This document shows, piece after piece, positions 41,590 through 51,099 of a stretch of DNA of 64,000 nucleotides. Made by a program: the position numbers and the translations under genes. Below the pieces are notes generated by a model. The model saw only the letters and a list, made by a program, of their open reading frames with translations, ran no database searches and had not been told where the DNA came from. The number at the start of each line of letters is the position of its first letter. Position 1 is the first letter of the stretch. This DNA comes from Candidatus Velthaea sp. (GTDB taxonomy: Bacteria; Vulcanimicrobiota; Vulcanimicrobiia; Vulcanimicrobiales; Vulcanimicrobiaceae). The DNA is taken from contig CBDCCS010000003.1 in the NCBI GenBank assembly GCA_965214935.1, positions 1-64,000 on the forward strand, in the 5' to 3' direction.

Positions 41590-42732
41590 CTACGCGACGC
41601 CGACTTCGATCGTACCCGAGTTCTCCGCAAAGAGATGCTCGTTCTTGGAGAGGTACGCCTGAATGCGAGCCGAGCGTTCGACAAACCGGTTCTGACACGT
41701 GAGGACCGTATCGAGCGTCGCATCGGCAAATTGCAGGCCGATCGAACGCAACGTTCGTAGCGCTGCGTTTTCAAAACGCCAGGCATGCGATGAGATCTCG
41801 CTGTTGACGGCGGTGAATTCGAGCAACATACGCATGCGACGGTCGGCGATTTCGGCTCGAACGTCGGCTAAACGATTGTAGAAGAAGACCTCTTGCGGCC
41901 GGGCGACTTTTTCGCAGAACTGTAATGCCAAAGCGCGAGCCGTCGGAAGCGCATCCAAGCGCGACGTAAGATTCACGATTGAATTGAGCGGCAGGTGCCG
42001 GCAAGCGGCCACAAAGCCATCTTTAAACGCGTTCTGATGGATCACGTGAAGCTGGACGCGAGGCGAGATGATATGGAAAATTTCGCGATAGCGGTCGGTT
42101 AGAAGCCGCTCGAAAGCGGTCCAGAACTGATAGAGCCCGTACGCTTTGCCGTAGTAGCGGCCGTCGCGGCTGTCGCCGATGACGATACTCGGCCGAACGA
42201 TCAAGTACGGAACGCCGCTTGCGGCAACCAGCGCTTCTGCTTCGCGCTTCGACTTTGTGTATTCGGTCGGGTCGTCGCCGATCGCGGTGTGCAGCCGCTC
42301 TTGGACCGGCCGGTCGATGTAGCCGCTGCTGAACGCGGTCGACAGAAATACAAAGCGTTTCATTGCATGGCGTTTTGCCAGATCGAGAAGCCGCCCGGTA
42401 AAGACGATATTGGCTGCGTGCAGCAGCGCGGAATTAAAGTAATCGACCGAGCCCGCGCAATTTACAATCTGTTCGATGTTAAACCGCTTGACCAGCCGAT
42501 CGAACGTTTCGTTATCGTCGACATCGGGCAGCGGCACCGTAACAATGCGCTCGAGGTCGACCTGCCCGCTTAGGCCTTCACACGCGAGTTCTTCAGCGAT
42601 CGGTGCCAATACGCTTTCGCGCGTATGCGACCCGCGAATCGGCGCGATGATGAGGCCTTGATTGTCGGACAAGAGGCCCGAAGCCACCAGTCCGCCCAGA
42701 TAGCCGCTGCCGCCCAGTAATAAGGTGTTCAT
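41590..42732 (-). CDS. Extended SDR, fatty-acyl/thioester reductase-like (NAD_binding_4 / male-sterility type)
   Basis: GGSGYLG, VNCAGSV, AN...T..LL.LA, FLSTAF, YTKSK (YxxxK) and IVRPSIVIGDS motifs. Confidence 0.8.
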   Translation of the reverse strand: MNTLLLGGSGYLGGLVASGLLSDNQGLIIAPIRGSHTRESVLAPIAEELACEGLSGQVDLERIVTVPLPDVDDNETFDRLVKRFNIEQIVNCAGSVDYFNSALLHAANIVFTGRLLDLAKRHAMKRFVFLSTAFSSGYIDRPVQERLHTAIGDDPTEYTKSKREAEALVAASGVPYLIVRPSIVIGDSRDGRYYGKAYGLYQFWTAFERLLTDRYREIFHIISPRVQLHVIHQNAFKDGFVAACRHLPLNSIVNLTSRLDALPTARALALQFCEKVARPQEVFFYNRLADVRAEIADRRMRMLLEFTAVNSEISSHAWRFENAALRTLRSIGLQFADATLDTVLTCQNRFVERSARIQAYLSKNEHLFAENSGTIEVGVA

Positions 42733-42738
42733 GGTCCG

Positions 42739-43389
42739 TCAGACACCCATCAACGCGCCGGTGAGGAACGAGACGAGCTTGCGCCGATCGACATCCAAGT
42801 CGATACAGAGCGAGATGAGCTCCGCGGCGACGTCGCCCATGAGATCGGCGAATCCGACCTGAAAGCGCTCGGCGAAAACTTCATCGATCCCTTCGCCTAA
42901 CGCGTCGAGCGATCGTAACAGCGCGTCGGCTTCGACCATGATTGCGGCGAGCAAGACATCCCCGACTCCAACGCGCGAGCGTAAGAGATCCGGGATGCTG
43001 CTACGCGCATGGCCGCTGGCTTGCAATCCGACACGGCACAACTCGCGCGTGCGCGGACTTGCTTCCGCGTTATCGGCAAAGGTCCGATAGATCGCTTCTC
43101 CGATGAGTTCGAGCAGTAACCCCTGGGCAATCAAAACGTGCGCTTCCCGTCCGCTCGTGGCGCTTGCTACGAGTGCGGATACCGGTTCGGCAAGGCGTGT
43201 TCCGGCCAACGCGTCGCGCACGCGCGGCTGTGTCTGCAGGAGGGCGACCACGGCTGCTTTGGCCGGACTCAAGAGCGCCGGCGCGCTTACTGCATATTGC
43301 GTTGCCGCGAGCGTCTCGAACCGGTCGAGAATCGTCCACAGAACCGCCTCGGTTGCATCCAAATCGGCAACCACGTTCGTGCGTGCCAA
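42739..43389 (-). CDS. Ferritin-like ADO paralogue lacking a complete di-iron site (putative pseudoenzyme)
   Basis: Keeps E25-x6-Y32 and Q89-x4-E94-x6-Y101 in register with the upstream ADO-like protein, but both ExxH motifs are broken. Gaps to neighbours are 5 and 6 nt. Confidence 0.6.
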   Translation of the reverse strand: MARTNVVADLDATEAVLWTILDRFETLAATQYAVSAPALLSPAKAAVVALLQTQPRVRDALAGTRLAEPVSALVASATSGREAHVLIAQGLLLELIGEAIYRTFADNAEASPRTRELCRVGLQASGHARSSIPDLLRSRVGVGDVLLAAIMVEADALLRSLDALGEGIDEVFAERFQVGFADLMGDVAAELISLCIDLDVDRRKLVSFLTGALMGV

Positions 43390-43394
43390 ATCGC

Positions 43395-44135
43395 CTACTT
43401 TGTTTTCTCACCGCGACGGTACTTGCGAATGAGCGGCATGAACATCCCCACGACGTGTTTGGTAGCGTCCTTTTGACCGAAACCGACATTTTCGAGTAAA
43501 CGGGTGTAGCCGTCCATCATCGCGCCGGCACAATAGGCGCCCGACATGCCGATTTTATCAAGATATTCCGAGATGTTCATCATCGTGCCGCCGATACAAT
43601 CGATGCCCTGGATGTTGACGCGCTCGGCTAAGGTACGGAACTCATCGACTGCATCGAAATACCGCAGACGCAGGTACCGCACCACCCAATCGACATGATA
43701 GTGCTCTTCGTCGAGCGCTTTTTGAAATGCGCCGTACGTGCCGGCATATTTATGCGCGATCGGTAGAAACGACTCGTAGGTCGCGATGGCGAGGCTTTCG
43801 ACGATGAAGCCTTGCACAACGATCAGCGCGTCAAAATCTTTGTTCGCATAATGCTCGTCGACTTGCGAAATGAGGTAATTCAGTTCGTTGGTCGCAAAAG
43901 CGCGATCGGGTTCGATACCGTTCGCACGGCTGGCTTCGAGGAACCACGCGCCGTGATTGGCTTCCATCCGGGCAAATTTCTTGAGCAACGGCGCGAACTC
44001 GCCTTTGATCTCCGCGGCGAGCAGATAGATCTTCGCGGCGACTTTTTCGCCGAAGATCGCGAGGCCCATGAGTTTCTCGATGGATTCCTGCTCGGGCTGC
44101 GGCCGAAAAGCGGGGAGTATCGTTGCGGTGTTCAC
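43395..44135 (-). CDS. Aldehyde-deformylating oxygenase (aldehyde decarbonylase)-like di-iron ferritin-fold protein
   Basis: E30, E58xxH61, E113 and E144xxH147. Blocks KFARMEANH, PDRAFA, VQGFIVESLAIATY and Y..LLENVGF match cyanobacterial ADO as recalled. TAAGGA RBS lies 5 nt before the GTG. Confidence 0.8.
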   Translation of the reverse strand: MNTATILPAFRPQPEQESIEKLMGLAIFGEKVAAKIYLLAAEIKGEFAPLLKKFARMEANHGAWFLEASRANGIEPDRAFATNELNYLISQVDEHYANKDFDALIVVQGFIVESLAIATYESFLPIAHKYAGTYGAFQKALDEEHYHVDWVVRYLRLRYFDAVDEFRTLAERVNIQGIDCIGGTMMNISEYLDKIGMSGAYCAGAMMDGYTRLLENVGFGQKDATKHVVGMFMPLIRKYRRGEKTK

Positions 44136-44279
44136 ACGTATCCTTACTAATGAAATAAGCGGCGGACGGGCCGAGGCAACGGCCGGCGATGCTTAGACGC
44201 CGTTCCATGTCAGTCTCCATTTCGCGTAAAGTCCGGCCATACCACCTTGGCTCGGAAAAACGTCGGCCGGACCGCTCGC

Positions 44280-45641
44280 TCAGCGATTCGCCGGCTTTGG
44301 AAAGCAACCGTCGGGCGCCGCGATCGGCGGAATCGTGGCCGCCGTCGGCAAGCTCGTGACGCCGATCTCGAGCGGATAATTTGAGCCGCCGTCGGTCATC
44401 GTCAGGACGTCGATTGCCGCAATGGCGCGTGCATCGAGAACGAACGATGAGACGGCATAGCGTTTGGAGACGCGCACGCAGCCGACGTCGACGAGCGTGC
44501 CGTTAACGAGAAAGCTGCTCCGCACGACACCGCCCAGCGGCCGTTCATACAGCGATACGGTCTGCCGTGTTTCGGTCGGGTTCGCGAGATCGAACGTGAG
44601 CCGCTGTAAGACGCCGTAGTCGCCGAAGTCATGGCCGGCGTCGTTCGGATCGACGTTGCCCAGTGTTCGCGTGCGCCGGCCGTAAACGTATGCAGCATCC
44701 GGTCCGCCGACGGTGTAAGCGATGATGCGTTCGGCGAAACCGCCGAGCGGAAAATTGCCGTGCCGGTCATGACCGTCGTCGGGCAACTTCGGCGCGTACA
44801 GAAAGAGCAACGGATCGGTGCCCGGGGGTACGGCCAGAACGGTGAGCGTGAGCGGGCCACCGTCGAGGACGCGAAGGTCGACCGAGCCGACGACGCCTTC
44901 ACCCGGGCCGGCAAGCGAATCGCGTGTGAGATACGGCCGGCCGCCGGCAACTTCAACGATCGTACCTTCGGCGTGCGGTTGACGCGTTAAGAACGTTTTG
45001 GTTACCGCATGACCGACGCTCATTACATCGATATTCGGACCGGCTGCAGCGGCGATGACGTGCACGTGCGTGCGGACGCTGCCGTTCGCACTCAAGACGA
45101 CGCAGAAGCGCCGCGCCGTGCGCATGTTTTGATGGTAGTAATACACTCGCGTAGGGTGTTCGCGATCGATCGTCGTGCGCGACAGAACGCCGTCGCTCAC
45201 GATGCGCTCGGGATCGTCGCGAAAGGCTAGTGTAACGGGTGAAAACCCAGCGATATCGGCGTTCACGACGTCAACGGATGTGGTTGCAGTGATTGGCTCG
45301 ATTCCATTTCCAGCATCGACTGTAAACCGGACGAGAAACGTCGTTTGGAAGCCGCGTTCGAGCGGCTGCGGCGCCGGCAGAATCTCGACCGGGTGCAACG
45401 TCGTGCCGGGAGGCAGTTGTGCGCCGGCGGCGCGTTCGACGGCCGCGTCGATTTGCGCGACAATGAACTGCGGCGATACGGGGTTGCCGGTGACGGACGC
45501 AACGATATGGGCCGGAATCGCGACGGCTTGCGCCGGCGCCGGCACCGCCGTCGATGCGAAGAGCGAAGCGGTGAGTAGCGAGGTCAACAATTGCCGTACA
45601 GTTGCGCGAAGCAACTCGTGTACCGTTCGATCCGATTTCAT
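44280..45641 (-). CDS. Secreted hypothetical protein
   Basis: 453-aa ORF with a signal-peptide-like N-terminus and beta-rich body (DDPERI, GDYGVL, GGSNYP); no family recognised with certainty. Confidence 0.7.
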   Translation of the reverse strand: MKSDRTVHELLRATVRQLLTSLLTASLFASTAVPAPAQAVAIPAHIVASVTGNPVSPQFIVAQIDAAVERAAGAQLPPGTTLHPVEILPAPQPLERGFQTTFLVRFTVDAGNGIEPITATTSVDVVNADIAGFSPVTLAFRDDPERIVSDGVLSRTTIDREHPTRVYYYHQNMRTARRFCVVLSANGSVRTHVHVIAAAAGPNIDVMSVGHAVTKTFLTRQPHAEGTIVEVAGGRPYLTRDSLAGPGEGVVGSVDLRVLDGGPLTLTVLAVPPGTDPLLFLYAPKLPDDGHDRHGNFPLGGFAERIIAYTVGGPDAAYVYGRRTRTLGNVDPNDAGHDFGDYGVLQRLTFDLANPTETRQTVSLYERPLGGVVRSSFLVNGTLVDVGCVRVSKRYAVSSFVLDARAIAAIDVLTMTDGGSNYPLEIGVTSLPTAATIPPIAAPDGCFPKPANR

Positions 45642-45764
45642 TGACGGCTATGTATGACGGCAGCACTTCACGAACCGCCTCAACGCCGTCGCCTTGGCTT
45701 AAACCGCTGTTCATTGCGTGCGTCTCCGGCCGACTTGCAATCCAAGTCGGTCGCAAGTGCGAGG

Positions 45765-47357
45765 ATGAATTCGCAGCGAGTTTGTCGGACGGGCGGCAAT
45801 GCAACTCTTCGAGCCTTGGCTATCTTAAGCTTTGTCGCCGCGCTCGGCGGTTACGCGAACGCAGCCGAACTTCCGACCGCTGACGCTTTAAACGAAAAAA
45901 TTGCGACGGCCGCCGGTGTCGAACCAGCCTCTCGCTACGTGCAAGTGCGTTATCGACGTTCCGGCGTCGATGGAACCGAAACGAGAGTTTACGCCGGCGA
46001 AAATTTTCGCGAGAACGATGAGTACGGGCCCTTACGTACCGCGTACGGGCGCTTTGAAAATCAGGAGTGGCACCAAACGGCGAACGGTCAAACGGTGCTG
46101 GATCAGCCGGATCCCGGGCAAGCTGTCGCCGATGTTTTTGTGACAACCGTTAGCCGTGTCACCGCGCCGTTCGACGCGTACGTCATCGCACGATTGAATA
46201 ATGACCGCAGCGGTACGAAGGACTATGTCGACCCGGTCGCTTACCGCGTCGTGAGGCACGAGAACATTACGCCGACCGAGACCACCGTAACGACCTACGA
46301 CGACTTTCGAGCAGTCGGCGGATACACGACCGCCTGGCATTGGAGCCGTCGCGACGGTCACGCCGAGAACAACGCCGACTACACGCTGACGGCGTACGAG
46401 GCTCGACCGATTGCGGCGGCCGAAATTGCAATCGCCGCGCCGCGCCGCAACGTCGTTCAATTTCCGGCCGGTAAAGAGCGCGTCGATCTTCCGGTTAAAA
46501 TGGTCGGCGACAAGTTTGTCGTGCGTGCGGTGATAAATGGTCGCGGTCTCGATCTCGAGTTGGATTCCGGAGCTTCCGTAATCGCAATCGACGATAAGGT
46601 GGTCAGGCAGCTCGGCTTGACAACCGTCAGCCACTTCTCGAATGCAGCGAACGCCGGACGCGTCGGCACGACACTGGCAATTGCGCCGGAGATACATGTC
46701 GGCGACTTGGAAATGCACGATGTTACGCTCGTCTCATTGCCCGCCGTTGACGAACGAGGCGACGACGTTCGGATTGCCGGTTATCTCGGCTTTGACTTCA
46801 TCGCCGAACTTGGGCTGGAACTCGATTACGAACACGGGCGCGTGACGGCATTGCGCCTGGATAAGCCGCTGACGATCGACGAGCCGGGTACGTTCCGGCT
46901 CGATATCCGCCTGGGCACGCAGCGTCCGATGACGAGCGTAACGATCAATAACGCGCTCGGCGAGCGCTTTCTCATCGATACCGGCGCCGACGGTACATTG
47001 CTGATTTTCGACTACTTCGCGCGCCGATATCCGCATTCGCTCGTCGATGGCGGCGGCGGCGGTGACGAGCGTCGCGCGCATTTGTCGGGAATCGGTGGGC
47101 CGATCGAAGTTCGTCCCTATCAACTCGACCAAGTGCAGATCGGCTCGGTACGGTTTCAAAATTTTGTCGGCTACCGCGTTCTGGAGCGGAGAGCTTACAA
47201 CGGAACAACCGATGGACTCATTGGTGCGCGACTATTGCGCTATTTTACCGTTTGGCTTGATTACACCGATTCGCAAGTTTTTCTCGTCCCGAATGCCGAC
47301 GGCCGACGTGCTATGCGATTAGCGGTGTCGAAGAGCGTTGCACCCGCGCCGCCCTAA
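45765..47357 (+). CDS. Secreted aspartyl protease with two retropepsin-like domains
   Basis: LDSGAS...GYLGFDF and IDTGAD...GLIGARLL; signal-peptide-like N-terminus. Start estimated. Confidence 0.82.
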   Translation: MNSQRVCRTGGNATLRALAILSFVAALGGYANAAELPTADALNEKIATAAGVEPASRYVQVRYRRSGVDGTETRVYAGENFRENDEYGPLRTAYGRFENQEWHQTANGQTVLDQPDPGQAVADVFVTTVSRVTAPFDAYVIARLNNDRSGTKDYVDPVAYRVVRHENITPTETTVTTYDDFRAVGGYTTAWHWSRRDGHAENNADYTLTAYEARPIAAAEIAIAAPRRNVVQFPAGKERVDLPVKMVGDKFVVRAVINGRGLDLELDSGASVIAIDDKVVRQLGLTTVSHFSNAANAGRVGTTLAIAPEIHVGDLEMHDVTLVSLPAVDERGDDVRIAGYLGFDFIAELGLELDYEHGRVTALRLDKPLTIDEPGTFRLDIRLGTQRPMTSVTINNALGERFLIDTGADGTLLIFDYFARRYPHSLVDGGGGGDERRAHLSGIGGPIEVRPYQLDQVQIGSVRFQNFVGYRVLERRAYNGTTDGLIGARLLRYFTVWLDYTDSQVFLVPNADGRRAMRLAVSKSVAPAPP

Positions 47358-47367
47358 CGTCGCGCCG

Positions 47368-47934
47368 CTACACCGGATCTTCGGGAAAATCAAGTTCGGC
47401 GAACATTGCTTCTACGGGCAGCAGCAGATCCGATATGATCGCGGGCGAATGTCTTTACACGGTTGCCGCAACGCGTTCGTACGTGCCGGCGCTGTCAAAG
47501 ACGTCGACGTAGCGCTCGTTCGGGTCCGCAATGAGCACCTGTGAGACGCCCCAGGCCAAGTATTCTTTACGCGTGGATTCGACGGCCTTCGGCTTGTCAT
47601 CAGGTGAGAGGATCTCGACGACGATCTCGGGCGGCACATTTGGACTTTGACGATCTCTTCCAACAAGCGGCCGCAAACGCGCAAACGACATGAAAGCAAC
47701 ATCGGGTACGAGCGGATGAACCGGTGTCCCGGGAATCGAGACGCGGAAACGCCACTCCGCTCCTGCTTGGCCGCGACGAACGGCTTTTGCCCAGGCGTCC
47801 AAGGCATATAAGAATGCTTTCTGCAGCATGCTGTGATCGGTCGTCGGCAGTACTTTTTGAACCGCGCGGCCGGCGATCCACTCCGTCTCCGGCTTGGTTT
47901 GAGGGAAGGTGATTTCGTCGGCAAATGTGTGCAT
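47368..47934 (-). pseudogene. Uma2-family endonuclease with one premature in-frame TAA
   Basis: VPDVAF, PEIVVEILSPDD and EYLAWGV motifs. TAA at 47455-47457 is followed in frame by a Uma2-like tail RHSPAIISDLLLPVEAMFAELD ending at TAG 47368. Confidence 0.7.
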
Positions 47935-48354
47935 GACGCGATGCTTCAGTCGACTTTCTAGGCTCGTGATCCGGCCACGAATCGGTCGTTCCGTTTCCGC
48001 AATCGAAGCTTCAAACGATTATCTATGCCGGGGCATATGAGCTTCAACCTAAGATAGGCCCTTGTCACCACGTCAGCGTAGTGAGCCGATGCGTCGAATA
48101 TAGCACGATGCGCACGGCTTCGGCGACGTTGGCCCAGACGTAACTCGAAAGATCACTGGCTCGAGCGGAGCGGTTGTGATGCGAACGCCGAACCGGTGCA
48201 TACGTCGATCGGGGCTTGTGGATGGACTCTGTTTGATTCGGAAATCGACCCGCCCAATACTCTGGCGCGCACGCCTCACGGCCATGACGATCCCGACCGA
48301 ATCAAGGCTGCTTTACAGCGCGCGGATGCAGATACGTGAAATGGCGACGACTGC

Positions 48355-49308
48355 ATGAAACGCGTGCCGGTCCTCTTCGATACCGACCCGGGCGTCGACG
48401 ACGCGCTGGCCTTGCTCTACTTGCACCAACAGCCGCGGGCGCAGATCGTTGCCATTACGACGGTTGCGGGCAACGGCACGATCGATGCAGTCACGCGTAA
48501 TGCGCTCTACATGGCGGACCGCTTCAACATCGCGGCGCCGATCGCACGCGGCGCTGCACGACCGTTACACAAAACGTTCGAGCCGCCGCCGGCGTCGATT
48601 CACGGCGCGAACGCTTTGGGAGATGTCGCCGTCGAACGCGTCGTGCGCGAACTCGACCCGCGCCCCGCCCACGAACTCATCGTGCAGAGCGTCCGCGCCT
48701 ATCCGCACGAACTCACGATCGTTGCGGCCGGCATGTTGACGAATATCGCGCTGGCCATCGCTGCCGATCCGGGCATCGTGCCGTTGATCGGCGGCATCGT
48801 TGCCATGGGCGGCGCATTCGGCCGCGCGGGACATTATGGTAACGTGCGGCCGTGTGCCGAGGCAAACATCTTCGGCGATCCGCATGCCGCCGATATCGTT
48901 TGCACGGCGGATCTGCCGCTGACGCTCGTCGGGCTCGACGTGACCGAACGCGTCGTCATGCCCACGGACTATTTGCGTATGCTCGGCGCGAGCGGCAGCG
49001 CCGCGGGCGCTTTCGTTTGGGACGTTACGCGCGCGTACGAAGCGTTCCATCAAGCGCGTGCCGGTGTCGCAGGCATCTACGCGCACGACCCTTCGGCTGC
49101 GATTTGTGCGTTCGATGAAGCGGCATTTACCTTCGAGCACGGACCCGTACGCGTCGTGACCGACGGCATTGCCGCCGGAATGACCGTTCAAAAGCCCGCC
49201 GGCCGGTCGTTTCCGCCCAGCGCATGGGACGGCTATCGGCCCCGGCGGGTCGCCGTGAACGTCGATGCGGAACGCGTGCTTGCATTATACGCCGCCGCCT
49301 TTCGTTAG
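48355..49308 (+). CDS. Nucleoside hydrolase (IU-NH family)
   Basis: DTDPGVDD, HGANALG, AEANIFGDPHAA, GLDVT and HDP motifs. Confidence 0.95.
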   Translation: MKRVPVLFDTDPGVDDALALLYLHQQPRAQIVAITTVAGNGTIDAVTRNALYMADRFNIAAPIARGAARPLHKTFEPPPASIHGANALGDVAVERVVRELDPRPAHELIVQSVRAYPHELTIVAAGMLTNIALAIAADPGIVPLIGGIVAMGGAFGRAGHYGNVRPCAEANIFGDPHAADIVCTADLPLTLVGLDVTERVVMPTDYLRMLGASGSAAGAFVWDVTRAYEAFHQARAGVAGIYAHDPSAAICAFDEAAFTFEHGPVRVVTDGIAAGMTVQKPAGRSFPPSAWDGYRPRRVAVNVDAERVLALYAAAFR

Positions 49309-49394
49309 CTCGAAGCAGCGGTGGTACGACCGCAGCCGAACGTGGTACGAGCTAACCGTAGCTGTCCCGGAGCTGGACAGAAAGGACCGACGAC

Positions 49395-51038
49395 GTGACG
49401 GCACTCGGAGAAACGAGCACGCGGCTCGCTGTTTGGAACGCGCTTGCAGAACATTACAGCGTTATCGAAAAACTGCACTTACGGGAGTTGTTCGCAGACG
49501 ATGCCGAGCGCGGTGAGAAGCTGACGGCCGAAGCGGCCGGCATTTATCTCGACTACTCAAAAAATCGGGTAACCGCGCAAACGCTCGACTTACTGGTACG
49601 CCTTGCCGAGGCATGCGGACTGCAAGCTCGCATCGATGCAATGTTTCGCGGTGCGAAAATTAACGTTACTGAAAATCGCGCGGTGCTGCATGTCGCGTTG
49701 CGGATGCCCAAGGGCACGACGATCGAGGTTGACGGCGAAGATGTCGTGGGGCCGGTTCACGCCGTCCTCGATAAGATGGGCGAGTTTAGCACGCGGGTGC
49801 GTACCGGCGAGTGGCGCGGTCAGACCGGGCGGCGGATCGTCAACGTCGTCAACATCGGGATCGGTGGCTCCGATCTCGGTCCCGTAATGGCCTACGAAGC
49901 GTTGCGTTCGTACAGCCAGCGCGAACTCACATTTCGCTTTGTGTCCAACGTCGATGCGACTGACTTTGCCGAGGCCGTGCGCGATCTCGATCCGGCCGAA
50001 ACGCTCTTCATTGTCGCGTCGAAGACGTTCACGACGCTCGAAACGATGACCAACGCGCATCTTGCACGCGAGTGGTCGCTGCGGGCGTTCGACGGTGATA
50101 TAGCGGCGGTCGCCAAACACTTTGTGGCTGTTTCGACCAATGCCAAAGAAGTCGCGAAGTTCGGTATCGACACCGCGAACATGTTCGGATTCTGGGATTG
50201 GGTCGGCGGCCGCTACTCGATGGATTCCGCGATCGGGTTATCGACGATGCTGGCGATCGGCGCCGATCGCTTTGCCGAGATGCTCGCCGGCTTTCATGCA
50301 ATGGACGAACATTTTCGGACCGCACCGTTGGCCCGGAATCTACCGGTGATCATGGGTTTACTTGCGGTTTGGTATAACGACTTTTTCGGCGCGCAAACCG
50401 TCGCCGTGCTGCCGTACGAACAGTATCTCAAACGCTTTCCGGCTTATTTGCAGCAGCTGACCATGGAGAGCAACGGCAAACACGTGGCGCTCGACGGCGC
50501 GACAGTGAGCGCCGATACCGGACCGATCTATTGGGGCGAGCCGGGCACCAACGGACAGCATTCGTTCTACCAACTCATCCATCAAGGCACCCGGCTCATT
50601 CCGTGCGATTTTATCGCCTTCATCGAATCGCTGAATCCGCTCGGAGCGTCGCATGACATGCTGCTCGCAAACGTGCTCGCTCAAGGCGAAGCGCTGGCCT
50701 TCGGCAAGACGCCGGCCGAAGTTGAAGCCGAAGGGTCGCCGGAGTGGCTCGTGCCGCATCGCGTCTTCACGGGCAACCGTCCGTCGAACACGCTCTTACT
50801 CGAGCGCTTGACTCCCGCGGCACTCGGTAAACTCATCGCGCTCTACGAGCACAGCGTCTTTACGCAAGCCGCAATTTGGGATATCAACGCGTTCGATCAG
50901 TGGGGCGTCGAACTCGGAAAGGTCCTGGCCGGCCGGATCATTCCCGAACTCGATGCCCAGCATGATGCGCCGCTCGATCATGACAGTTCGACCAACGCGC
51001 TGATCCGGCGCTACCGGAACGGCAAAATGCACAAGTAA
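49395..51038 (+). CDS. pgi: Glucose-6-phosphate isomerase
   Basis: [31 protein letters not shown] and [18 protein letters not shown]. Confidence 0.99.
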   Translation: MTALGETSTRLAVWNALAEHYSVIEKLHLRELFADDAERGEKLTAEAAGIYLDYSKNRVTAQTLDLLVRLAEACGLQARIDAMFRGAKINVTENRAVLHVALRMPKGTTIEVDGEDVVGPVHAVLDKMGEFSTRVRTGEWRGQTGRRIVNVVNIGIGGSDLGPVMAYEALRSYSQRELTFRFVSNVDATDFAEAVRDLDPAETLFIVASKTFTTLETMTNAHLAREWSLRAFDGDIAAVAKHFVAVSTNAKEVAKFGIDTANMFGFWDWVGGRYSMDSAIGLSTMLAIGADRFAEMLAGFHAMDEHFRTAPLARNLPVIMGLLAVWYNDFFGAQTVAVLPYEQYLKRFPAYLQQLTMESNGKHVALDGATVSADTGPIYWGEPGTNGQHSFYQLIHQGTRLIPCDFIAFIESLNPLGASHDMLLANVLAQGEALAFGKTPAEVEAEGSPEWLVPHRVFTGNRPSNTLLLERLTPAALGKLIALYEHSVFTQAAIWDINAFDQWGVELGKVLAGRIIPELDAQHDAPLDHDSSTNALIRRYRNGKMHK

Positions 51039-51099
51039 GCCTGGTGCAGCATGCCGTTTGCATAAAGGCTTTGCAAATCGCCGAGCATCATCGCTCGGC

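Noticed and set aside
43395..44135. Locally lower GC in the ADO-like gene as evidence of horizontal transfer
   Set aside because: Spot counts of single 60-nt lines gave about 50% GC, but cheY is similarly low, and no integrase, tRNA or flanking repeats are present.
43831..44307. 158-aa minus-strand ORF overlapping the ADO-like gene start
   Set aside because: Alternative frame with Arg-rich, non-protein-like composition; the ADO frame has the RBS and the motifs.
47935..48354. 420-nt gap as a possible ncRNA, riboswitch or small gene
   Set aside because: No recognisable RNA motif. One open frame (about 48085-48339) lacks a convincing start or RBS, and the listed short ORFs look non-coding.
51080..51099. 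7-bp hairpin (GCCGAGC/GCTCGGC) before the NCS2 permease start as a purine riboswitch
   Set aside because: The intergenic space is only about 60 nt and lacks purine riboswitch core motifs; short GC stems are common by chance here.
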